The notes: generated by a model not told the origin, from the sequence alone. Numbered from the stretch's first letter, positions 19,000 to 29,057 are shown. The stretch: 64,000 nucleotides of DNA from Verrucomicrobiota bacterium (GCA_033762115.1 JANRLX010000027.1:21129-85128); one strand, 5' to 3'. Made by a program: numbers and translations.

Positions 19000-20349
19000 T
19001 TAAACGGTGGCCGGATCTGGATGTGTCCATGGAGCGCGGTACGGGCGTGCCAGTCGCTTGTTGGCTTCTTCATCGCCCACCACACGGCCCTTTACAGGGT
19101 CCCATTCGAGCGTGCGGCCGAGTTCCAGCGCCAGGTTCGCCAAAATACAAGCGGTGCTGGAGATGTAACCTTGCTCGATATCTGCGACCGGTTTGCTTCG
19201 TTTCTCGACCGCGGTGAGAAAATCCTTGATATGACGCCGCAGGGCAGGGGCAACGTGTTTCTCCAGATCTTTCTCGACTTTATCGATTGGATATTCTTCC
19301 AATTCCATTTTCACGTCTGCATGCACTGGCTGACCATTGTTGGGAATAAAGTCATACCCATTAACACTGACCTTTAATGTCCCTTTTTCTCCATAGAAAG
19401 TGGCGCCCCATGGGTATTTGGGATCAGCAGGAGCCCCGTAGCTGCGGTGCTGCCAGACCACTTGCAGGTCGCCATAATCGAAAACCGCCCCCTGGGTGTC
19501 GGTAATGTTTGCCTTGCTTTGTTTTTGTACAAGGATGCCACCGGTGGAACTGATCCGCTTTGGCCAGCCCAGTTCCATCATCCAGCGCACCATATCAAGC
19601 ATGTGGATGCACATGTCCCCAAGAATGCCGTTTCCATATTCCATGAACGCCCGCCAGCCGCGAGGATGAACGATTTTATTGAAGGGTCTCATCGGTGCTG
19701 GTCCCGTCCACATTTCATAATCCAGGTAATCAGGCGGTTGGATGTCCGGAGGATTTTCGCCTGCACGCATATGGTAGTAACAGTAAATCTCCACATGCCC
19801 GATTTTCCCGAGAGCGCCTTCCCGAATAAAGCGGTCACGTGCTTCGATCAGGTGCGGTGTGCTGCGACGCTGGGTGTTTACCTGGACGACTTTGTTATAT
19901 TTGCGGGCGGCGGCAAGCATCGCCTGTCCTTCAATCACATCCACCCCAACCGGCTTTTCCACATAAACATCGGCCCCTGATTTAACAGCTTCGATCATGG
20001 GCAAGGCATGCCAATGGTCAGGGGTGCCAATCATGACAATATCCAAATCCTTTTCCTTTAACATCTGGCGGTAATCGCCATAAGTGCGGGGACGTTTTTT
20101 TGACAATTGGCGGGCGGCGACCATGTCAGCGGCTTCGCTGAGCATGTTCTTATCCACATCACATAGGGAAACGACTTCAACAGGGGCGACTTGAAGCATG
20201 CGAAACAGATCCGCTTTCCCGTACCATCCGGTTCCGATCAGACCCACCCGTTTCGGTTTTTGGTCAAGAAGTTCTGCTGCGTATCCATTTTTAATTGCGG
20301 ACATGGCAACGCCAGCCGCGCTGATTTGAAGAAATGTGCGCCGGTTCAT
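19000..20349 (-). CDS. Tat-signal Gfo/Idh/MocA family oxidoreductase (periplasmic)
   Basis: MNRRTFLQISAAGVAMSA is a twin-arginine signal. The Rossmann motif is VGLIGTGWYG, and the EKP motif is VYVEKPVG. Confidence 0.85.
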   Translation of the reverse strand: MNRRTFLQISAAGVAMSAIKNGYAAELLDQKPKRVGLIGTGWYGKADLFRMLQVAPVEVVSLCDVDKNMLSEAADMVAARQLSKKRPRTYGDYRQMLKEKDLDIVMIGTPDHWHALPMIEAVKSGADVYVEKPVGVDVIEGQAMLAAARKYNKVVQVNTQRRSTPHLIEARDRFIREGALGKIGHVEIYCYYHMRAGENPPDIQPPDYLDYEMWTGPAPMRPFNKIVHPRGWRAFMEYGNGILGDMCIHMLDMVRWMMELGWPKRISSTGGILVQKQSKANITDTQGAVFDYGDLQVVWQHRSYGAPADPKYPWGATFYGEKGTLKVSVNGYDFIPNNGQPVHADVKMELEEYPIDKVEKDLEKHVAPALRRHIKDFLTAVEKRSKPVADIEQGYISSTACILANLALELGRTLEWDPVKGRVVGDEEANKRLARPYRAPWTHPDPATV

Positions 20350-20412
20350 GCCTGTTTGTAGGCGGAGTGGGCGGTTGTGGCAAGCTTGAGTAGGCAGCGA
20401 ACTGATTTGCGG

Positions 20413-20706
20413 CTATTGCGAAAGGGAAATAACCTCCCTGCTCGACCGTTCGCGGTGATCAATTTCCTCTTTAATTGCCTGCTGCCGTTTGGTTTTCGCC
20501 AATTCCTTCTCCAAATCGCTAACACGGCGAAAGAGCTTGGCGCGGTCCCATTCCAGGCCAGCAATCACGATGAACATCACACCAAGGACGAAGCTTCGAT
20601 TACTGGCCATGTCCTGGCCGCTCATTCGCTCAACAATCCCACTGACAACGAGAAATCCAATTCCGAGAATAAGACAAATGATGGGACTGAGGTTGGCGGC
20701 TCTCAT
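20413..20706 (-). CDS. small hypothetical membrane protein (2 TM + charged C-terminal helix)
   Basis: 97-aa ORF with two hydrophobic spans (LSPIICLILGIGFLVVSGIV; FVLGVMFIVIAGL) followed by DLEKELAKTKRQQAIKEEIDHRE. It sits between a terminator and the next minus-strand gene. No family was recognised. Confidence 0.4.
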   Translation of the reverse strand: MRAANLSPIICLILGIGFLVVSGIVERMSGQDMASNRSFVLGVMFIVIAGLEWDRAKLFRRVSDLEKELAKTKRQQAIKEEIDHRERSSREVISLSQ

Positions 20707-20779
20707 GCAATGTCCTGACAGGACATCTACTCATCGGATGGAATGCAGAAAAGCTTAAGGAAAATTTTTAAGAGTTTAA

Positions 20780-20815
20780 AATAAAAAACCCTCCTGCCGG
20801 GAGCAGGAGGGTTTT
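20780..20815 (-). terminator. rho-independent terminator downstream of the porin gene
   Basis: Stem CCCTCCTGC (20789-20797) pairs with GCAGGAGGG (20803-20811). On the minus strand it is followed by TTTTTTAT. It lies about 15 nt after the stop at 20830. Confidence 0.8.
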
Positions 20816-20829
20816 GAGATTCAAGTCGA

Positions 20830-22032
20830 TTAGAACTTGTAGATCACGTTCGCTGCCAGAGTCAGCGCATCGCGGTCCGCGTCAGTGCCACCGAACTGGC
20901 CAGGGCCGGAGAACATATGATCCCAGCGTGCTTCAGCGCGGGTGATCACATTGGCCCAGAGGCTGTAATCAGCAGTCAGGGTCACAGCTCCGAGTTCATT
21001 ATCCTTATCAGCCAGGGCGATGGTACCTGCATCGTAGTAGGTGCCGTCATCTCCCTTGGTGTATTCACCACGTGCGTTCAGCTTCAACTTCTCAGATGCC
21101 TGGAAGGAAACATAAAGCGCAGCGGCCCATGCTTCGTTATCAGCAGCCAAAGCCACTGTTGGAGCATAACCGGCAGTGACAATTGCCGCACCGTCGTCGC
21201 GGAAGTCAAAAGCAGCTCCGACAGAGAGGCCTTCAACACCGGTCGAAAGGGTGGTTCCCAGGTAATAGCTGGTGACATCCTTCGCTGTTCCAGTGACTTC
21301 GCCATCGACAACACCAAGGTAAATCGCAGACCCGGCAAACAAACCGGCCGATTCTGGCAGGGTCAAAGTGAGCGAACCGAGGTAAGTCTTTGAAGCGTCT
21401 GAACTACCGCGGGTGTTGATGCCGCCAGTCCATTCATTGGCAACGCCAGCGCTGACGCTGATCATGTCGTTGACATGGTAGCTCAGGAGCACGCCTGTGT
21501 GGTGAGTTGGCTCCAGGGCAAATCCGTAAGAGCGGCTGAAGTTCGGGTTATTGCCGGTTTCAAAAACCTCGTAACCGATGATCGTGTCCCAAACACCCAT
21601 TTTGATGTCGAGGCCGTTGCCAACAGGAGCGCGCAGGGCGACATAAGCCTGTTTGACTGCCACATCATCAGCAAAGGTGGCACCAGCAGTGCCGTTCAGG
21701 CGGGTGCCGTACCAGTTTGCGTCAGGCCCAAAGATAAAGTCAGCCTTGTAACCGGCAGACCATTGGCCTTCATCAAGCGGCTTTTCAAGCATCAGCTTCA
21801 CAGCGTGCAAGTTAAAGCCGTCAACTTTATCACCACCATCAAATGAACGGCCAAAAAGAGCGCCGTTCGGCCCGTCGATCTTCCAGATCGCCGAGGTATC
21901 CACATAACCACTCAACGTGGTTGATGAGAGAGCAGTCATCACTTGACTCTGCTCTTCTGCTGCCTGGGCCGTTGAGGCCAGGCTTACCAAACCGACACCA
22001 GCTAAAGCCAGCGTCCATTTATTAAACTTCAT
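20830..22032 (-). CDS. outer-membrane beta-barrel porin-like protein
   Basis: Signal peptide MKFNKWTLALAGVGLVSLASTAQA. The body is G/T/A/Y-rich with an alternating pattern. The C-terminal beta-signal ends ...ANVIYKF. Confidence 0.6.
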   Translation of the reverse strand: MKFNKWTLALAGVGLVSLASTAQAAEEQSQVMTALSSTTLSGYVDTSAIWKIDGPNGALFGRSFDGGDKVDGFNLHAVKLMLEKPLDEGQWSAGYKADFIFGPDANWYGTRLNGTAGATFADDVAVKQAYVALRAPVGNGLDIKMGVWDTIIGYEVFETGNNPNFSRSYGFALEPTHHTGVLLSYHVNDMISVSAGVANEWTGGINTRGSSDASKTYLGSLTLTLPESAGLFAGSAIYLGVVDGEVTGTAKDVTSYYLGTTLSTGVEGLSVGAAFDFRDDGAAIVTAGYAPTVALAADNEAWAAALYVSFQASEKLKLNARGEYTKGDDGTYYDAGTIALADKDNELGAVTLTADYSLWANVITRAEARWDHMFSGPGQFGGTDADRDALTLAANVIYKF

Positions 22033-22369
22033 TCCAGGTTCCTCCTGCAGTGTTTTGTTTGTTTCGTTTAATGCAGAGACAACCGCCAGGTTGGCTCATA
22101 CACCAGACGGTGCATTTCGTGCGAAAATTAGGAAAAACCCTGATAGGCAGCAATCTTTTTTTTCCTATTATCTCCAGTTTTGCGATTGCGTTCCATGAAT
22201 CAAACTCATTCCTGGGCTCTTTTGTGGGTCAAAATGTCTCTCCGGCCGGCCATCTTGAACTGGATCATTCCGTCCCTCCACACTTCAATTTCTCAACTCA
22301 ATAAGCTTCATGGATAAGGATAACTTTTGACTTTGCCCTCCCCCCTCCTCCAATACTTCACTGGTCATC

Positions 22370-23611
22370 ATGGAACGTTTGCCCGGCTTTAGAGATTTTT
22401 ATCCCGAACCACTTCCATATCCGGAAGCCTGGAGCGCGGATTTGCGTACTTATATATTCAGCACCTGGCGATCTGTGGCGAAACGTTACGGATTCCGCGA
22501 ATATGATGGGCCTCCATTGGAATCCCTTGAGCTTTTCACCACCAAGAGCGGTGAGGAGATCGTTGGTCAGTTATATAATTTCATCGACAAGGGGGAACGC
22601 GCCGTGGCGTTGCGCCCGGAGATGACCCCAACTCTGGCGCGAATGGTTGCCAGCACAGAACGGCAGTACAAGAAGCCGATCAAGTGGTTTGCGATTCCCC
22701 AATTATTTCGTTACGAGAGGCAACAGAAGGGCCGTCTCAGGGAACATTTTCAGTTCAACGCGGACATTTTTGGTGAAAGTGGCACCTCCGCGGATGGAGA
22801 GCTGGTAGCGCTGTTGATTGACAGCTTGCGGGCATTTGGCCTGACGGAGGAAGATTTCGTGATTCGTTTAAGCAGTCGCAATGCCTGGCGCGATTTTTTC
22901 GCCAAACATAGCTCTGAAAACTCCAATGAGTATGCCTTTTACCAGGCAGTTGACAAAATCGAGCGGGATTCAGCTGAGGAAAGTGAAAAAAAATTTGCTG
23001 CGGTGGGATTTAAAAGAGAACAGGTCGTTGAATTTATCAATGCAGCCACACCCACCGAAGAACTGGCGGCGGTCATTGCAGACCTGACCGCGCGCGGTTT
23101 GGGGAATTATGTGCGGATCGATTATAACGTGATTCGCGGCCTGGCTTATTATACCGGGGTGGTTTTTGAAGCATTCGACCGGAAGGGGGAATTCCGGGCC
23201 ATTGCTGGAGGGGGGCGTTACGACAACCTTGTCGGCCTCATTTCGGGAGAGAAGGTCAAGCTGGCCGGGCTTGGGTTTGGAATGGGGGATGTTGTTCTCG
23301 CGGAATTATTGAAAAAACGGGAGTTGATTCCACGATTTCAAAGCGGAATTGAAGTTTATTTTGCCATTACAGATGAAACCGTAAGGGCCACATCACTTTC
23401 ATTTGTGCAGCAGTTGCGCCAGGGTGGCATTTCCACCGATTACTCCTTCACCCCCGCAAAATATGACAAACAATTGAAACGAGCGATAGAGCTTGGCGCA
23501 AAAGCTTTAGCCGAGGTGGTCGGCAGCCAGATTAAAGTCAAGAATCTGGCAACTCGTGAAGAGCAACTGATGAGTAGCCCGGCATTGATCGAATGGTTGA
23601 AGAAAACGTAG
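22370..23611 (+). CDS. hisS: histidine--tRNA ligase
   Basis: The N-terminus is PGFRDFYPE. Class II motifs are LRPEMTPTLARM and FRYERQQKGRLREHFQFN, followed by GGGRYDNL. A C-terminal anticodon-binding domain is present, so this is not HisZ. Confidence 0.9.
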   Translation: MERLPGFRDFYPEPLPYPEAWSADLRTYIFSTWRSVAKRYGFREYDGPPLESLELFTTKSGEEIVGQLYNFIDKGERAVALRPEMTPTLARMVASTERQYKKPIKWFAIPQLFRYERQQKGRLREHFQFNADIFGESGTSADGELVALLIDSLRAFGLTEEDFVIRLSSRNAWRDFFAKHSSENSNEYAFYQAVDKIERDSAEESEKKFAAVGFKREQVVEFINAATPTEELAAVIADLTARGLGNYVRIDYNVIRGLAYYTGVVFEAFDRKGEFRAIAGGGRYDNLVGLISGEKVKLAGLGFGMGDVVLAELLKKRELIPRFQSGIEVYFAITDETVRATSLSFVQQLRQGGISTDYSFTPAKYDKQLKRAIELGAKALAEVVGSQIKVKNLATREEQLMSSPALIEWLKKT

Positions 23612-23655
23612 CGCGTTTTATTTGGCGGAAACGATCTTTTCGTTACAATTAATCC

Positions 23656-26622
23656 ATGAATCCATCTCTCGCATGTCGGGTTTGGTTAATTTTTGCATCG
23701 GGAATTTTCCTGTTATTTTCAAGCAGGACGGTTTCGGCAGCAGAAGAAGCGAGTGCTCCTGTGCCATTGAGTGAAGCGGCTGGCCGGATGAATTATCCGG
23801 AAGGATTTCGGGTGACGTTATTTGCAGGAGAACCAGATATTGTCCAACCAATTGCCATGGCTTTTGATCCTCGGGGAAGGCTTTGGGTGGTCGAATGTCT
23901 CAGTTATCCGCAATGGACCACGAATCAAACAGGAGGGGACCGGGTCCTGATTTTTGAAGACAAAAACAATGATGGTAAATTCGATACACGCAAAGTGTTT
24001 CTGGAAAATGGACGAAACCTCACCGGGATTGCATTTGGTTTTGATGGTGTTTTCCTTTGCTCCAGTCCCGAGCTGATTTTTGTTGCGGACAAAAATGGCG
24101 ATGATTTGCCGGATGGTCCTCCGGAAGCATTGCTGGACGGCTGGAGCATTACAGCCAAGCATAATGTTTTTAATGGACTTGCCTGGGGTCCTGACGGCTG
24201 GCTCTACGGTTCCAACGGCATCCTGGACACCTCAAAAGTCGGTAAACCGGGTGCTTCAGATGCGGAGCGAGTGGCAGTCAGTTGCGGTGTCTGGCGGTAT
24301 CACCCAGTTAAAAGAAAATTTGAAGTTGTCGCGCGCGGTTCCACCAATCCCTGGGGCGTTGCATTCGATGAAAATGGACAGGCTTTTGTTGCCAATTGTG
24401 TCATCAAGCATCTTTTCCACATGGTCCCCGGCGGACGGTATGAGAGGATGTACGGTCAGGATGCGAACCCGTTATCCTTCCATCTGATTCCAAGCTGCGC
24501 CGACCACATTCATTGGGCAGGCGGGTTTTGGAAAACTGAAGGGGCGGAACATTCTCAAAATGATTCGGCTGGCGGGGGGCATGCCCATTCAGGCGCTTTG
24601 ATTTACCTGGGAGATAATTGGCCGGACCGCTACCGGGGTCACTTTTTCACCCTCAACATTCATGGGCACCGGATTAACAATGACCAATTGATCCGGAACG
24701 GGTCTGGATTTTCAGCGAGGCATCGCCCCGATTTTTTAAAGGCCAATGATGACTGGTTCCGGGGAGTGGCGCTTGCAGCCGCCCCGGACGGATCGGTTTT
24801 CATGTGTGACTGGAGTGACGCGGGTGAATGCCATGATTACGTGGATATTCATCGTGAGAATGGGCGAATTTACAAGATTTTCCATGGTCAGCCGAAAGCC
24901 GTGTCTCGAAATGTGGGAGCAATGACGGACAATGAACTGATCAAGCTTCAGCTGGAGAAGAATGAGTGGCTGGTCACGGCATCGCGGCTTGAGCTTCAAA
25001 AACGCTTTGCCAGCGGAGCGTTGAAACCGGGAGCAGCGGACGCTCTCAAGGAATTGATGCGAACGGACAATGATGCCCGACGTCAGCTTCGTTTTTTGTG
25101 GGCACTCCATACCATCGGTGGACTTGACTCGACATTTGCGGAACAGGCGTTGAAATCTCCAGCGGAATATGTTCGGGCCTGGGCGGTTCAGTTAAGCATC
25201 GAAAATGGAGCGACTCCAGAGCTTTTGAAACAGTTCGCTGAAATGGCCGAATCAGATCGGTCGCCGGTCGTTCGGTTATATCTCGCCTCGGCATTGCAAA
25301 AACTGGGGTTAAAGGAAGGGTCTCCCATCGCGACTGGCCTGGTGAAACATGCTGGAGATGCTGCTGACCCGAACCTTCCCTCAATGATCTGGTATGGGAT
25401 TGAGCCGATGATTTCGAATGAAGCAACGCTGGTCGAACCGCTTCTGCTGGCCGCGCGAATTCCGCAGGTCATCCGGTATATTGCCCAACGACTGGCCCTG
25501 CGCGAACAATTCGCCCCGATCATCACCGCGCTCAAGCTGCGAAATCCTGCGACAGAGGTTGAACTGGTTCGCGGACTTTACGATGCACTCAATGGGCGCA
25601 GAAACATCACCGCCCCAGTTGGGTGGGAAGATGTAGAAGGTCAATTGCTCAGGCATGGCCATGCAGAAACGAGGGAGCAGGCGCTGGGCCTGGGGTTGAT
25701 CTTCAATCGCCCAGCGGCATTGAAGGAGATGCGGGCTCGGATCATTGATGGGCGGGGCACGCTGAAGGAAAAACAGCAATCCATTGACGCATTGATCTCT
25801 GCGCGGCCTGAAGGGGTGATCGAGTTGCTGCGTTCTGCGTTCGAGGATAAAAATATTCGTGCCTCGGTCATTCGCGGATTGGCCGCAGTAGAGGATCCTC
25901 GTACCCCGGAACTGCTTCTCACAAATTATTCCACCTTCAACACCGAAGAAAAAATCCAGGCAATCAACACCCTCTCAACCCGTCCTCGCTATGCGGAGCC
26001 ATTGCTGATGGCGATGAAGAGCGGAACCATTCCAGTGAGGGATGTTTCTCCCTTTAATGCGAGACAGATTCTTGCCCACAAGGATGAAAAAATCACTGGT
26101 TTACTGAAAGATGTGGTTGGCGAGGTCCGAAGGGTAGGTGAAGAAAAAGCCGCCCAGGTGGAGGCTTATAAAAAAATGCTTCAGCCAGGATTGCTTCAGC
26201 AGGCAGACCTGCGACATGGAAGGCAATTGTTTGAAAAAACCTGCGCTGCCTGTCACACCCTTTTTGGAGTGGGAGGAAAACTCGCTCCTGAATTAACCGG
26301 TTCGCAGCGTTCCAGCCTGGATTATCTGCTGGAGAATATCGTCGATCCGAACGCGGTCGTTTGGGACATTTACAAGGCCACCTACTTTGAGACAGCCGAT
26401 GATCGATTGATCTCGGGGATTGTTCTGCGCGAGAATGAAAGTACTGTCACGATCCAGACTCAGGATAATGTGGTTACCCTGCCCAGGAACGACATCACTT
26501 CGCGGCAAAACTCATCATTGTCCTTGATGCCTGAAGGATTGCTTGATCCATTGACTGAACAGGAAGTCATTGACCTGATCGCTTATTTACAAAGCCCGAG
26601 CCAGGTGTCATTGCCCAGGTAA
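23656..26622 (+). CDS. PVC-type dehydrogenase-domain + HEAT + C-terminal c-type heme-binding protein (paralogue 2)
   Basis: 988 aa with a signal peptide. CAACH is encoded at 26242-26256, followed by APELTG and a SLMPEG tail. The N-terminal propeller and HEAT-like middle are as in paralogue 1. Confidence 0.85.
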   Translation: MNPSLACRVWLIFASGIFLLFSSRTVSAAEEASAPVPLSEAAGRMNYPEGFRVTLFAGEPDIVQPIAMAFDPRGRLWVVECLSYPQWTTNQTGGDRVLIFEDKNNDGKFDTRKVFLENGRNLTGIAFGFDGVFLCSSPELIFVADKNGDDLPDGPPEALLDGWSITAKHNVFNGLAWGPDGWLYGSNGILDTSKVGKPGASDAERVAVSCGVWRYHPVKRKFEVVARGSTNPWGVAFDENGQAFVANCVIKHLFHMVPGGRYERMYGQDANPLSFHLIPSCADHIHWAGGFWKTEGAEHSQNDSAGGGHAHSGALIYLGDNWPDRYRGHFFTLNIHGHRINNDQLIRNGSGFSARHRPDFLKANDDWFRGVALAAAPDGSVFMCDWSDAGECHDYVDIHRENGRIYKIFHGQPKAVSRNVGAMTDNELIKLQLEKNEWLVTASRLELQKRFASGALKPGAADALKELMRTDNDARRQLRFLWALHTIGGLDSTFAEQALKSPAEYVRAWAVQLSIENGATPELLKQFAEMAESDRSPVVRLYLASALQKLGLKEGSPIATGLVKHAGDAADPNLPSMIWYGIEPMISNEATLVEPLLLAARIPQVIRYIAQRLALREQFAPIITALKLRNPATEVELVRGLYDALNGRRNITAPVGWEDVEGQLLRHGHAETREQALGLGLIFNRPAALKEMRARIIDGRGTLKEKQQSIDALISARPEGVIELLRSAFEDKNIRASVIRGLAAVEDPRTPELLLTNYSTFNTEEKIQAINTLSTRPRYAEPLLMAMKSGTIPVRDVSPFNARQILAHKDEKITGLLKDVVGEVRRVGEEKAAQVEAYKKMLQPGLLQQADLRHGRQLFEKTCAACHTLFGVGGKLAPELTGSQRSSLDYLLENIVDPNAVVWDIYKATYFETADDRLISGIVLRENESTVTIQTQDNVVTLPRNDITSRQNSSLSLMPEGLLDPLTEQEVIDLIAYLQSPSQVSLPR

Positions 26623-26625
26623 TTC

Positions 26626-27594
26626 ATGTTAAAAAAGTTAGCTCTGCCCCTCTGCAGAATTGCCTGGCGTTTTCCGGGAGCGCGATTGGCAACTCCAGAG
26701 GTGCCGATAGTGCTCCTCTATCATGAGGTGCCCCGGTCGCGACCGGGAGGGGTGGAAGCGAAATCGTTTGAAGAGCATGTAAAATTTCTTCAAAAAAATT
26801 TTGAGCTTGTTGCGCCGGGTGATGTCGGCACCAGAAAGTCAGGACGAACACGGGTGATGTTGACCTTCGATGACGGGTTCAAAAATAACGCTGAAGTGGT
26901 TGCTCCCATTTTGAAAAAAGAGCGAGTCCCGGCGCTTTTTTTCATCAGTTCAAGGCATTGCGAGAGGGGGAAATATCTTTGGTTCCATTATCTGCGCGGA
27001 TTGGAACGTTACTTCACGGGCAATGGCTTCAATTATCAGGGTGAATTTTGGGAAATGCGTCCGGAAAAGCGGCGCGAGACGATGGCTCGTCTTTGGAAAC
27101 ACCTGGTCGAACTAAAGCCTCATCCTGCGGCCATGTACGAAGCGATTGACCAGCAACTGCCGAAGCTGGGAGATTTTATTCCGCAAAGCACCTTGGATGA
27201 TTTTTTTGAGGGCATGACTCCGGAACAGGTGGGCGAGCTTGCTTCAGATCCGCTTTTCACCGTCGGTAATCATACCCATGATCATCCTTATCTCACCCAA
27301 TGCGACCTGCGGGTAGCTGAGGAGCAAATTCTTCGGAACAAAATCTGGCTGGAAAAACATACGGGAAAGCCTTGCGATATTATTTCCTACCCGATTGGGG
27401 ATTACAACCAGCAGATACTTGAAACAAGCGTCAAGCTCGGTTTTCACACGGGCCATGCTGTCCAACCTTCGATTGGAAAAGTTCCTGCGATGGAAATTGA
27501 ACGGCTGGGGATCTACTCAGCCTCGACCGATTTACTTGGATTCAAGGTGACGTATGGGCTTTTCCTCAGGAAACTGGGACTAAAGCTTGGCTAG
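26626..27594 (+). CDS. polysaccharide deacetylase (NodB-fold) family protein
   Basis: RVMLTFDDGFKNN (TFDDG motif), FFISS and NHTHDHP. It lies 3 nt after the preceding gene. Confidence 0.75.
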   Translation: MLKKLALPLCRIAWRFPGARLATPEVPIVLLYHEVPRSRPGGVEAKSFEEHVKFLQKNFELVAPGDVGTRKSGRTRVMLTFDDGFKNNAEVVAPILKKERVPALFFISSRHCERGKYLWFHYLRGLERYFTGNGFNYQGEFWEMRPEKRRETMARLWKHLVELKPHPAAMYEAIDQQLPKLGDFIPQSTLDDFFEGMTPEQVGELASDPLFTVGNHTHDHPYLTQCDLRVAEEQILRNKIWLEKHTGKPCDIISYPIGDYNQQILETSVKLGFHTGHAVQPSIGKVPAMEIERLGIYSASTDLLGFKVTYGLFLRKLGLKLG

Positions 27595-27596
27595 TC

Positions 27597-28367
27597 ATGC
27601 GCATTGTTTTTTATACAAACCGATCCTATCAGCAGGACCCGCTCTTCAATTACATTTACGCCCATGTTGCCGCGCATTATCCGGATCATCATATTGTAGC
27701 CGCCATTCCGAAACGGACAGGAAAACTTTCCCGCCATTTCAAAAAATTCCGGAAGCTGGGTCTCCTGCAATCCCTTGAGGTACTCTCCTCATACCCGCTT
27801 GCGTCCCATTTCCTGAAAAAAGACCGGGCGGAGTTGAATCTCTGCCTCAATGCCCTGGCCCGACCACAATGCGATCTTGAAAAAACTCCGAGCGCAACGG
27901 TGCATTCGATCAATGGCCCAGATGCCGTTGAAACCATTCGTTCGTTGTCATCTGATATCATCCTGCAAAGCGGGGCAGGAATTTTGCGCCCACAAATTTT
28001 TCAATTAGCCAAAATCGCCACCCTCAACATGCATCACGGGATCGCTCCGCTGATCAAAGGAATGAGTTCGATCTACTGGGGGCTTTACGAGGGGAAGCCG
28101 GAATGGCTCGGGGCCACCATTCATGAAGTCGATGAGGGTATCGATACAGGTCGTGTGCTGGCTTATGCGCCGATAAAGCAACAGGGCGATGAACGGTTTC
28201 CACAATTATTCTGCAAGGCCACGGAGGAGGGGGTGGTGCAATTATTGCAGGTGCTCAAGCGCCTGGAAAAAGGAGAGCGCTGGACTGTCCCTTTACCTCC
28301 AGGCACGCACGAATATCGCAGCACAATTTCCGGCTGGAAGCTTCTGCGAATCAAACTACGGAATTAA
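27597..28367 (+). CDS. formyltransferase-family protein (divergent)
   Basis: 256 aa. LNMHHGIAPLIKGMSSIYWGLYEG aligns with the N(I/M)H-x-(S/G)-LP-x-x-(R/K)G core of Formyl_trans_N. It lies 2 nt after the deacetylase gene. Confidence 0.5.
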   Translation: MRIVFYTNRSYQQDPLFNYIYAHVAAHYPDHHIVAAIPKRTGKLSRHFKKFRKLGLLQSLEVLSSYPLASHFLKKDRAELNLCLNALARPQCDLEKTPSATVHSINGPDAVETIRSLSSDIILQSGAGILRPQIFQLAKIATLNMHHGIAPLIKGMSSIYWGLYEGKPEWLGATIHEVDEGIDTGRVLAYAPIKQQGDERFPQLFCKATEEGVVQLLQVLKRLEKGERWTVPLPPGTHEYRSTISGWKLLRIKLRN

Positions 28368-28375
28368 CAATTCCA

Positions 28376-28750
28376 TTAACCTCCAGCGAAAACCGGGCGA
28401 AAACCCGCAGCCTCAAGTATTTTGGCTACTTCAGCCCGTTTATCCCCCTGGATTTCGATCTGGCCATCCTTCACTGTACCGCCTGTTCCGCAGCTCTTTT
28501 GCATCTCCCGGGCGAGCTTTTCCTTTTCTGGAAGACCAATGCCCATAAAATTTTTCACCACGGTCACTGTTTTTCCTCCCCGGCCAGCTTTCTGCCGCAC
28601 AATGTCAACTCGGCCTCGATTTTTCCGGGGACGGTCAGATGCGAGTTCCTGTGGCGAACTGTCCACAGGACCAGGCGGCAATCCTTCACTGCTTAATGCA
28701 GCAAAAGGATTAACTTCAAAACTGCCATTGCTCTGATCCTTGGGAATCAT
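28376..28750 (-). CDS. yciH: SUI1/YciH-family translation initiation factor-like protein
   Basis: RQKAGRGGKTVTVVKNF...KSCGTGGTVKDGQIEIQGDKRAEVAKILEAAGF. The start was moved to ATG 28750 (MIPKDQ). Confidence 0.8.
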   Translation of the reverse strand: MIPKDQSNGSFEVNPFAALSSEGLPPGPVDSSPQELASDRPRKNRGRVDIVRQKAGRGGKTVTVVKNFMGIGLPEKEKLAREMQKSCGTGGTVKDGQIEIQGDKRAEVAKILEAAGFRPVFAGG

Positions 28751-28996
28751 GCCATTCAATTTAAGGCAGCATAATCGGAGCGCCAGCCTCAAGTGGATAA
28801 CTGAAAGTGGGCGATTCGGGGGTGAAAGCTGGCCCGAATTATGCTAAGTTTTCAGTGGGGTAATGGGTGAAAAATTCTTAAAATTTTTCTTTACAGTCGT
28901 GTGACTTTTTCTTACCGTTGAACCGTCTTAAACGACAATCATTCTTCTTATTGCCTTTAGCGAATGATTCTGTAAGTCGTGCAATGCGCCTTACGT

Positions 28997-29028
28997 AAAA
29001 CGGCCCCGCAAGGGGCCGTTTTATTTTG
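28997..29028. terminator. bidirectional rho-independent terminator (ends the minus-strand glycosyltransferase operon)
   Basis: AAAACGGCCCC-GCAA-GGGGCCGTTTT, flanked by T-runs on both strands. It lies about 30 nt below the stop at 29058. Confidence 0.8.
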
Positions 29029-29057
29029 CTCGTTATTCTTATGTAAGTCGTTCCACA

